Assembly (NCBI GenBank): GCA_900316715.1
Contig: ONEC01000002.1
Coordinates: forward strand, 1,534-65,533
From: an uncultured Eubacteriales bacterium
GTDB lineage: Bacteria; Bacillota; Clostridia; Lachnospirales; Lachnospiraceae
DNA length: 64,000 nucleotides
Reading direction: 5' to 3'
Shown here piece after piece: positions 56,640 through 64,000 of the stretch. The notes below the pieces were generated by a model. That model ran no database searches, was not told where the DNA came from, and saw only the letters and a program-made list of their open reading frames with translations. The stretch's first letter is position 1. The number at the start of each line of letters is the position of its first letter. Position numbers and translations under genes: made by a program.

Positions 56640-57521
56640 ATGGATTACAGTCAATATGAAATATATGGTTTTGATAACGTCAGCGCTTTCAATCTGACCA
56701 GCGGATATAAGGAAAGGTTCTACCAGATGCACTGGCATTCATACGGTGAAATTCTTCTGGTAGGTCCGGGAAAAACCAATATATATAAGGTCAATCAGGA
56801 CACCTATAATCTTAACGAAGGCGACTTCGTTCTTGTGTGGCCTATGGAAATGCACGAGATAATAGATGCGGACAGAGAACAGTCAATAGTTATTCAGTTC
56901 AGCAACGCCTTCATGAATACACTTTTCGACCTTCAGAGAATCATGCATTTTTACAGAAATCTTCATGTAATAGACAATCGCTCCCATCCGGAGCTGTGCG
57001 CGGAACTGAAGGATCTTGCTTACCAGATGAAGGAAAACTTTGAATCAGAGAGTTCTGACAGAGAACTGAGATGCTGTATCCTTCTTATGAAATTTATGCT
57101 GGCACTAGATGAGCATAGAGATGAGTTTGCTCCGGAACTAGGTTCCGAATCCAGAAATGGATTTACTGATGATGTTATGCATCGAATGATAATGGTTACA
57201 GATTATATCAAGAATAATCTTACTGCTGACGACCTGTCTCAGGGTGCAATGGCCGAGATGGCCGGCATCAGCAGGGATTATTTCTCTCGTATATTCAAAA
57301 ATGTAACCGGTATGAATTACAGCAAGTGGCTTAACACGATACGTCTTGAAAAGGCCACAGAGCTGCTGTCTCAGAATGATATGTCTCTGACGGAAGTTGC
57401 CATGCTTTCCGGTTTTCAGAGCATTCCAAGCTTTAACAGAGTCTTCCACCGCGAAAAGGGAATGGCTCCCGGCGAGTACAGAGACCTCTTTGTCGGAGAT
57501 GACAGAAAGAATGAATCCTGA
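56640..57521 (+). CDS. AraC family transcriptional regulator (cupin N-domain)
   Basis: HWHSYGEILLV cupin segment and a C-terminal double HTH (MAEMAGISRDYFSRIFK...VAMLSGFQSIPSFNRVF). RBS before the ATG at 56640. Confidence 0.85.
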   Translation: MDYSQYEIYGFDNVSAFNLTSGYKERFYQMHWHSYGEILLVGPGKTNIYKVNQDTYNLNEGDFVLVWPMEMHEIIDADREQSIVIQFSNAFMNTLFDLQRIMHFYRNLHVIDNRSHPELCAELKDLAYQMKENFESESSDRELRCCILLMKFMLALDEHRDEFAPELGSESRNGFTDDVMHRMIMVTDYIKNNLTADDLSQGAMAEMAGISRDYFSRIFKNVTGMNYSKWLNTIRLEKATELLSQNDMSLTEVAMLSGFQSIPSFNRVFHREKGMAPGEYRDLFVGDDRKNES

Positions 57522-59255
57522 TTATTCCTCGTCATCATTATCATACTCTTCATAGAGTTTGAATACGTCGAAGGCTTTATTCTTCTTTTCAAATGTATCA
57601 AGAGATTTCAGCATCATACGTCTGAACCTTGATATAGAACGGCTCTCCTGAGAGCTCTTTACCATGTCATATTGGACAAGCATTCTCCTTATCTGTTCCT
57701 GGGTCTGCTTGTCCGAACTTTTATATACACTATCAAGTCGGGCGGTAATAACCTTATCTTCGTCAGCTTCACTGAGCTGCAGGTTATTCAGATACTCGAC
57801 TCTTTTTTCGAGTTCAGTCTGATCCATCGTCTGAGATATAACAGTAGAGAACTTTTCACCTGTCGAAAGAATAGTCACATCAACCACAAGAACTCCATTA
57901 ATATCATAGGCAAATCGAACCTGAACGTTCTGGGTATGTCCGGTATTTTCCGGAACCTTTATCTCCATCTGACCAAGCTTTTCGTTCTCATCAGCATACA
58001 TATTCTCGCCCTGAAGGATTTCCAGATCTATCTTTTTCTGATCAGGTCTGAGGGTTGAAAATATATCAGATATAGAACAAGGCAGTGCATTATTACGAGG
58101 AATAATAGTACTCATATAAGGTCTGGATGCATTTCCCTTATTATGCACGGCAACTCCAAGAGAGAAAGGACAAAGGTCTGTCATAACCATTTCCTTTAGC
58201 TCTTCATCTCTTTCGATTATGCCTGCAACAAAGCCTACCCCCTTGGCTATAAACTCATCACCGCCGCCGCTGAATATCGGTGTGTTCTTGAAAAGAATCT
58301 TGATAAATGTCTGTATGATCGGCATGTTGCTTGAACCACCGGCAAGAATAACAGAACCTATCTCATTAATAGTAAGCTCTGCTTCCTTCAGAGCCTTTTC
58401 CAGAACTTCCTTGATCCTGTCAAATATCCAGCTGGATTCTTCCATAAGGATATCGTTAGTGATCTCAGCTGTGAGATTCTCACCATTATGATAGAGAGAT
58501 ACCGTACTCTGTCCATCAGAAGTAAGCTGCTTCTTGGCAATTTCAGAATACTTAAGCAGTGTTGCATATTCAGCATCAGTTATATCTTTTCTTGTAAGAT
58601 TATTCTTCTTAAGGAAATAATCAGCTATAAGAGCATTGAAATCATCACCGCCCAGCTTATTGTTTCCGGCAACAGAGATGATCTCGACCACATTGGCAAA
58701 GCAGTCTACAATTGAAACATCAAGGGTTCCTCCGCCGAAATCGAATACGAGAATAAGCTCCTGTTCTTTTCTTTCACTGTATACAGCAAGAGCAGCAGCA
58801 CTTGGCTCATTAACGATTCTATGTACCTTTGCTCCTGCCAGAGCACCGGCTTCCTGAGTAGCAACTCTCTGCTTATCATGGAAATATGCAGGTACCGATA
58901 TTACCACTTCGTCTATGGTAACGCCTTCCTTATCAGCCACATATCTTTCTGCATCATTTATTATGGAGCGGAGCACAAAGCTGCTGAGCTCCTGAGGAGT
59001 AAACTCACGGCCCCTTATGGTGTACTTCATGTTAGTACCCATATTCTTTTTGAAAGAGGATACCGTATTCTCCGGATCCGTGATCAGCTTTTCACGGGCC
59101 ACTTCTCCAACGGACACTTCTCCTGCTTCATCTATATTTACGACACTGGGAGTAAGATAACTTCCCAGTGCATTCGGTATAAGCTGAATATGTCCGTCTA
59201 TATATAAAGCTCCCAGGGAGTTTGTTGTTCCAAGGTCTATTCCAAGTATTGACAT
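57522..59255 (-). CDS. Atypical Hsp70 family chaperone (HscC-like, 577 aa)
   Basis: ILGIDLGTTNS, DFGGGTLDVSIV, ILAGGSSNMP and EPSAAALA actin-fold ATPase motifs. Beta-sandwich substrate domain, and a short C-terminus without the long DnaK lid or EEVD-like tail. Confidence 0.9.
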   Translation of the reverse strand: MSILGIDLGTTNSLGALYIDGHIQLIPNALGSYLTPSVVNIDEAGEVSVGEVAREKLITDPENTVSSFKKNMGTNMKYTIRGREFTPQELSSFVLRSIINDAERYVADKEGVTIDEVVISVPAYFHDKQRVATQEAGALAGAKVHRIVNEPSAAALAVYSERKEQELILVFDFGGGTLDVSIVDCFANVVEIISVAGNNKLGGDDFNALIADYFLKKNNLTRKDITDAEYATLLKYSEIAKKQLTSDGQSTVSLYHNGENLTAEITNDILMEESSWIFDRIKEVLEKALKEAELTINEIGSVILAGGSSNMPIIQTFIKILFKNTPIFSGGGDEFIAKGVGFVAGIIERDEELKEMVMTDLCPFSLGVAVHNKGNASRPYMSTIIPRNNALPCSISDIFSTLRPDQKKIDLEILQGENMYADENEKLGQMEIKVPENTGHTQNVQVRFAYDINGVLVVDVTILSTGEKFSTVISQTMDQTELEKRVEYLNNLQLSEADEDKVITARLDSVYKSSDKQTQEQIRRMLVQYDMVKSSQESRSISRFRRMMLKSLDTFEKKNKAFDVFKLYEEYDNDDEE

Positions 59256-60301
59256 TATCTATTTTTCCTTTCCCTACGATCAATCTTATAATGAAGGTAT
59301 ACTGTTCCCCAGCATAACAGCACGACTACTATCGAAATAACCAGCGGGTAGCTCCAGCTGACGTGATTATAGTTAAAGTAAGCCATAAGACAGCCGGCCA
59401 TTCCCATAAGAAGAAGTGCCAGATCATGAGCTGTATCCCATTGCAACTCCTTAATAAGAGCTACTATAAATGCTATCACTCCGATAAGATCGATTGCGCC
59501 TAATTCCAGAAGCATCATAGGATTGATGTAATCTAAATAATATGCAGTAAATGCATAAACAACCATAAGAATCGCCATGAAACATATGGCATTCATAATA
59601 AGGAGCGGGATTGAAGTCTTCTTTTTCTTTTCCTGCACAGCATTATACATATCCACATACGTTCCCGGAACCGCTCCTGAATGAATCCTTGAAGGAGTAA
59701 GATCATAATATTTCACTGCAAGCTTATGAAGAGATCCATCGGTAGCACCCATCCTAAGATATTTATTCAGGAATTTTGTAAACTCATCAGATTCCAATAC
59801 TTCTCTGGGACGATCTCTGAAAAGATTTTTCACATAATGATATATATTGTAATCTCCTCTATGCAGATAAAACTCATAGGACTTTCTGAAAGAGTTCTTT
59901 GCATATTCTATTTTATACTCAAGCGTATTCTTATAATCCTGATAAGTTCCAAGCTCAGCATCCGGCATATCGATAACTGTTTCTCTAACCAGTGGTACCT
60001 CAAATCTCGGAGGTTTCTGCGGAGCCGCATTTTTCTGCTGAGGCCTTGCTTCCTCATCTGATCTGTTCTTTTCTTCAGAGGACTCTTCCTCCACCGGACG
60101 CTTTTCCTGTGTCGGAACCCTGAGCTTATTCTTTCTGATATCTTTAATCAGGAACGAATATGCCTGCTGTATCTTCTCTGCCTCCTCCGGATGTTCCTCC
60201 GGATGAAACTCCTTAGTCTTTTCGGCATAAGCCCTTTTTACTGTTCTTTCGTCATGCCCATCCTCTATCCCGAGAATATTACAGGCTAATCTATAATGCA
60301 T
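59255..60301 (-). CDS. J-domain protein with four C-terminal transmembrane helices
   Basis: The N-terminus ILGIEDGHDERTVKRAYAEKTKEFHPEEHPEEAEKIQQAYSFL is a J-domain helix II/III pattern with HPE in place of HPD. The last ~110 aa hold four hydrophobic helices. The stop overlaps the Hsp70 ATG (TAATG). Confidence 0.8.
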   Translation of the reverse strand: MHYRLACNILGIEDGHDERTVKRAYAEKTKEFHPEEHPEEAEKIQQAYSFLIKDIRKNKLRVPTQEKRPVEEESSEEKNRSDEEARPQQKNAAPQKPPRFEVPLVRETVIDMPDAELGTYQDYKNTLEYKIEYAKNSFRKSYEFYLHRGDYNIYHYVKNLFRDRPREVLESDEFTKFLNKYLRMGATDGSLHKLAVKYYDLTPSRIHSGAVPGTYVDMYNAVQEKKKKTSIPLLIMNAICFMAILMVVYAFTAYYLDYINPMMLLELGAIDLIGVIAFIVALIKELQWDTAHDLALLLMGMAGCLMAYFNYNHVSWSYPLVISIVVVLLCWGTVYLHYKIDRRERKNR

Positions 60302-60315
60302 AACTGATGCTCCGA

Positions 60316-61278
60316 TTACTGTTCTTCCTTAATTAACCATTGATCCATTCCTGCACCCGCATCATCATTCGGGCGCACACTGAATCCAAACTTCTCATAA
60401 AATGGTTCTTTTCCCCTTGCAGAGTTAAGAGTTATTTTAACCTTATATCCCGGCTTCATATCACTCTTCAGTTTATTGAGACAAGCCTCTACTAGTTTTC
60501 TTCCTATCCCTTGTCCCTGAAACTCTGCATCAACTATAACATCTGACAGGAAGGCTATATAGCCGCCGTCCCACAGGAGTCTCACTACACCTATAGCCTT
60601 ATCATCTGCTCTTACGCACATGACCATATAGGCATTATCGATACACGCCTTAGCCTGTTCCATAGGGAACATGACCCAGCCCACGCCTCGTCTTAATTCC
60701 ATATATTCTTCCGGTGTAATATGGTCTCCATACGTTATGACAGGCTTATGTTCTTCCTGTTCCGAAAGTCCCTTCTCCTTTTGAAGACGTTTAGCCCAAT
60801 ATGGATTTTCTCTATCAAATATCTCTTTTTGTTCTGCTGTAAGTTTATCAGGGTAATCAGTCATCATGTTAAACACCTTTTCTTTATCAAATGTAAATTT
60901 ATACTCATTAAGCGTTTTCTTTAACCACCATATGGTATCACTGCGTTTTTTCTTATAATATATCGGATCATCTCCTGCTGTAAGAAGGCGTTCCCGATCT
61001 TCACGCTCTTTTCTCTCCCGTTCAAGAGCCTCTTCATGTATTCTTCTTTCTCTATCCAGAGCAATCTTTTCAAAGAGTTCAAACTCTTCCTGATCCAGTA
61101 AATAATACTCATTCACATAATCATAGGCAGAGCCTATATGATATTCATGGGAAACAATCAGGTAATGCTCACCCGCTTCGTTGACATACACGGATCTGGT
61201 ATATCTGTCATAACCCTCATTCACTTCAACACAGAACAGGAATTCCACTTTCCCATTAGTTGAATCAACCTTTATCAT
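60316..61278 (-). CDS. Two-part protein: unknown N-terminal region plus a C-terminal GNAT acetyltransferase domain
   Basis: The C-terminus has a GNAT motif A (VIVDAEFQGQGIGRKLVEA) and ends in FYEKFGF. The N-terminal ~190 aa (a beta-rich segment plus an E/R/K-rich helix) is unrecognised. GGGGGAAG RBS. Confidence 0.75.
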   Translation of the reverse strand: MIKVDSTNGKVEFLFCVEVNEGYDRYTRSVYVNEAGEHYLIVSHEYHIGSAYDYVNEYYLLDQEEFELFEKIALDRERRIHEEALERERKEREDRERLLTAGDDPIYYKKKRSDTIWWLKKTLNEYKFTFDKEKVFNMMTDYPDKLTAEQKEIFDRENPYWAKRLQKEKGLSEQEEHKPVITYGDHITPEEYMELRRGVGWVMFPMEQAKACIDNAYMVMCVRADDKAIGVVRLLWDGGYIAFLSDVIVDAEFQGQGIGRKLVEACLNKLKSDMKPGYKVKITLNSARGKEPFYEKFGFSVRPNDDAGAGMDQWLIKEEQ

Positions 61279-61299
61279 ATCTTCCCCCTGTACGCTCTA

Positions 61300-61821
61300 T
61301 TATTCCCAGTATCCTACATCAATGCCGGACAGACTTACAACCACCTGAAATCCTTCACTGCAGTACTTATTTGCCATTACTCCAAATAAGACCTTTTCCT
61401 GGTCGATATATATCGCTCCCGGAACAAGCATCCTTATCAGACTGTCCAGACCTTTTCTGGCATCCGGTTCAAAGACACCGCCGTCTATCATATTCTGCGC
61501 ATTCCACTCCTCTGATAACAATTTGATATCAGCATACTCTGTCGAATCCGTATCACGCGGTAGTGTAAAACCTTCGCAGTAATACTGTATACATTCCGCA
61601 TAATGTTCAGATATAAACTCACGAAGTTTTCCTTCAATCCTGGCCATCGATGATATGGTGAGATCATATAGCGCCTTCGAACGATTATCTGAAACATATT
61701 CAACTACCTTTGGATGAAGACGGTACTTCCTGCCAAAGAAAACAACTTCACATTCCTCCGGTATACCATTAATATCCTTTGGCTTACTTACCAAATCCAT
61801 GATCTTATCTATGAATCCCAT
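61300..61821 (-). CDS. Hypothetical protein (173 aa), first gene of the Hsp70 operon
   Basis: AGGAGA RBS, and a 21-nt gap to the next gene. No motif recognised. Confidence 0.55.
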   Translation of the reverse strand: MGFIDKIMDLVSKPKDINGIPEECEVVFFGRKYRLHPKVVEYVSDNRSKALYDLTISSMARIEGKLREFISEHYAECIQYYCEGFTLPRDTDSTEYADIKLLSEEWNAQNMIDGGVFEPDARKGLDSLIRMLVPGAIYIDQEKVLFGVMANKYCSEGFQVVVSLSGIDVGYWE

Positions 61822-61850
61822 AAACCTTATCTCCTATTGATCGGCCAGAG

Positions 61851-61985
61851 TTACAGATTGCACACCATTATATACTCTTCGTCATTTTCATCTATTATCT
61901 CAAAGCCGACTTTCTTATACAAAAATGTATCCAATACTTCTGTTTCGTTCTGTTCCAGTTTTCTTATCGTATATCTGTTTCCCAT
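61851..61985 (-). pseudogene. Possible decayed GNAT acetyltransferase remnant (44 codons)
   Basis: The minus-strand translation MGNRYTIRKLEQNETEVLDTFLYKKVGFEIIDENDEEYIMVCNL joins a GNAT-like N-terminal beginning directly to a GNAT-like C-terminal end (FLYKKVGFE). The catalytic core is absent. Confidence 0.3.
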
Positions 61986-62060
61986 TTCTCTTATAACATC
62001 CTCTTCTGCAATAAAACTTATTATATCATATTCTGTCCACCGGTTTCCGAATTTTATAAT

Positions 62061-62090
62061 AAAAAGGCCTTAGGATATATCCTAAGACCT
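62061..62090 (-). terminator. Intrinsic terminator of the GH5 gene
   Basis: GGTCTTAGG-atatat-CCTAAGGCC (minus-strand reading, one mismatch) followed by TTTTTATTAT. Confidence 0.65.
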
Positions 62091-62131
62091 TCTCTTGTTC
62101 CAAACGGATTCCTGATACTGTCTTTAATTAT

Positions 62132-63160
62132 TTACAGAAGCTTTATCACTTCCGGAAGAACGTCCTTCATATGGTCATCTATGAAACCGAAGTCCATCTC
62201 CTTATAGCTCCATGCAGCACGGCCGATACCGTACTTCTCAAAAGCTTCGCTTATATATTTATACCACTGAAGAGTATCACCTGCATCTGCAAGATTGATA
62301 ACACCATACTCTCCACAGTAAAGCGGTACATTTCTTTCCTCAGCTATTCGCACAGCTTCGCTGAAGTACTTTTCAAAGTATTCAACTCCCAGGCTGCTGT
62401 TCTGATCAAAACTGTCAAATCCAACTGAAACCTGCTCAAGATTATTCTTTGTTGCCTCTGTAAGTTCACTGTAAGGCGCATCTATTGATATACGGAACGC
62501 TGGATCCATTCCTGCTACCCAGTATCCGCCCTGATGTGTGAAGATAAGCGGCTCATAACAATGGAAGTTATATATTATCCTGTCATCGTAAGGAGGCAGA
62601 AGATCCGGAAGTGCCTCAATGGAATTATTATAATATCCACCGACAAGGATCATAACCTTTGGAGCAATCTTTCTGATTCTTCTTATACACTCTGTGCTTA
62701 TGCTGTTCCACTTATCACAGTAGCTCTTATCTGTAACTTCATTCAGAAGTTCGAAAGCAACGCTGTCTCCGATATGTCCGTATCTGGATGCAAAGTTTTC
62801 CCAGAGTCTGTAGAATCTCTCCTGATATTCTGCGTTGTCAAAGAATCCTTCTTCCTTCTCTCCGTCATCAAAGGAATATCCATAGGTCTTATGAAGATCA
62901 AGGATCACGTTAAGACCATAGCTCTGACACCACTTAACAGCTGAATCTATATATACGAAACCATCTTCTATATATTCACCATTCTTATCCTCAACAAGCT
63001 CATAATCAATTGGAATACGGATATGATCAAGTCCCCACTCACTAATTCTCTTAATATCCTCTTCCTTTATAAAGTTATCATATCTTTCCTTGGTGTGATC
63101 GCACTGTGACAGCCATCCGCCAAGATTTATACCATGCTGAAAACCTTCCCATCTCTTCAT
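62132..63160 (-). CDS. Glycoside hydrolase family 5 (cellulase/beta-glycanase-like), no signal peptide
   Basis: GINLGGWL start, acid/base FELLNEV and nucleophile YCGEYG motifs typical of GH5. The N-terminus is not hydrophobic. Confidence 0.85.
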   Translation of the reverse strand: MKRWEGFQHGINLGGWLSQCDHTKERYDNFIKEEDIKRISEWGLDHIRIPIDYELVEDKNGEYIEDGFVYIDSAVKWCQSYGLNVILDLHKTYGYSFDDGEKEEGFFDNAEYQERFYRLWENFASRYGHIGDSVAFELLNEVTDKSYCDKWNSISTECIRRIRKIAPKVMILVGGYYNNSIEALPDLLPPYDDRIIYNFHCYEPLIFTHQGGYWVAGMDPAFRISIDAPYSELTEATKNNLEQVSVGFDSFDQNSSLGVEYFEKYFSEAVRIAEERNVPLYCGEYGVINLADAGDTLQWYKYISEAFEKYGIGRAAWSYKEMDFGFIDDHMKDVLPEVIKLL

Positions 63161-63277
63161 AACAAAAATCTCCCTTCTTTCCAGTTACATTCAGTTTATA
63201 ATACGTTATAATATCTGTATATCATCATACAAATAAAAATATAAAATTAATGAACCAGATAATCCGGAGAAATGCCC

Positions 63278-64000
63278 ATGAATAAAAGCGAATACAAAAA
63301 TAGTTACCTTTGGATATCAGAAGAATCCGAAACACACAGAGACGCCGGCGAAGAGCTGGAATTCCTCCATGCCGTTTCAGATGGTGATATGGAATTTGTA
63401 CATAAGAACTGCGAGGAACGCCGTTTTATCGACGATACCGGCGTGGGACAGCTATCAAGCGATCCGGTTCTTAACCTTAAATATCATATGGTCGTAACCG
63501 CCGCCCTTATAACACGTATGTGTATAGCCCGCGGTCTGGAATCAGAACACGCTTTCAGAATGAGCGACTTCTATATAAGAAAGCTGGATGAGGCTGTGTC
63601 TGCTGAAGCCGTAGAAGAGATCCACAACAACATGGTTCTGGACTTCACCGGTAAGATGCGTCTTATAAAAAGGGACAAAGGACTATCCCGTCCTATAACT
63701 AAATGTGTCGAATATATCTATGCACATATATATGACCGCATAACTATCCGTGATCTGTCAGAGTACACCAATGTTTCTTCCAGCTATCTGTCCCGCCAGT
63801 TTGCAAAAGAACTCGGCCTTCCTATCAGTGACTATATCAGAGAAAAGAAGATCGAGCTCTCTCAGGAAATGCTTAAAAATACTGACGACTCCGTGCTTGA
63901 AATAGCACTCCGTCTTTCTTTTTCATCTCAGAGTCATTTTATCCAGACCTTCAAAAATGTGGTCGGAATGACTCCTAAAAAATATCGCTCCATAAATGGA
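63278..64000 (+). CDS. AraC family transcriptional regulator (partial; runs off the window end)
   Basis: GGAGA RBS and ATG at 63278. C-terminal double HTH (IRDLSEYTNVSSSYLSRQFAK...IALRLSFSSQSHFIQTFK). No stop codon before 64000. Confidence 0.85.
   Translation, partial: MNKSEYKNSYLWISEESETHRDAGEELEFLHAVSDGDMEFVHKNCEERRFIDDTGVGQLSSDPVLNLKYHMVVTAALITRMCIARGLESEHAFRMSDFYIRKLDEAVSAEAVEEIHNNMVLDFTGKMRLIKRDKGLSRPITKCVEYIYAHIYDRITIRDLSEYTNVSSSYLSRQFAKELGLPISDYIREKKIELSQEMLKNTDDSVLEIALRLSFSSQSHFIQTFKNVVGMTPKKYRSING

Overview
Low-GC, Firmicutes-type (Clostridia/Lachnospiraceae-like) chromosomal segment. It is densely coding, with about 55 CDS, mostly on the minus strand, AGGAGG-type ribosome-binding sites and hairpin plus U-tract terminators. 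The backbone is housekeeping: an EF-G paralog, pepD, lysA-type decarboxylase, pfkA, recR, ybaB, dnaX, murG, a phosphohexomutase, tadA, rsmA/ksgA, tatD, malQ, plsC, ddl, comFC, recD2, mreB, metG and murA. One RNA gene is clear: a long Bacillus-type SRP RNA (about 27441-27712, minus) directly downstream of tadA, with a near-consensus sigma-A promoter. I saw no rRNA, tRNA, CRISPR array, transposase, integrase or phage structural genes. Recognisable accessory modules are a BceRS/BceAB-type peptide-antibiotic sensing and detox unit (28.3-32.8 kb), a TetR-controlled RND pump (18.0-22.8 kb), a MATE pump with a divergent AraC regulator, and a cytoplasmic GH5 with a divergent AraC regulator. The most system-like unexplained locus is a tight four-gene minus-strand operon at 57.5-61.8 kb: an orphan 173-aa protein, an unknown-N/GNAT-C fusion, a 4-TM J-domain protein whose motif reads HPE instead of HPD, and an HscC-like Hsp70 whose ATG overlaps the J-protein stop. 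A decayed GNAT fragment lies next to it. Other unusual items: (1) an S24/XRE self-cleaving-type repressor placed back-to-back with a small orphan gene through two near-consensus divergent promoters; (2) an RND permease with a roughly 330-aa coiled-coil insertion and a tandem palindromic operator upstream of its TetR gene; (3) a DivIVA-like protein with 13 hendecad repeats carrying a cysteine ladder; (4) an output-less PAS/GAF sensor heading an mreB-recD2-comFC-ddl gene chain; (5) two membrane proteins with extreme low-complexity domains (Q/Y-rich and Y/D/S/N/W-only); (6) two structured or repetitive intergenic regions. All function calls come from reading motifs in the supplied translations. 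No database search was run.
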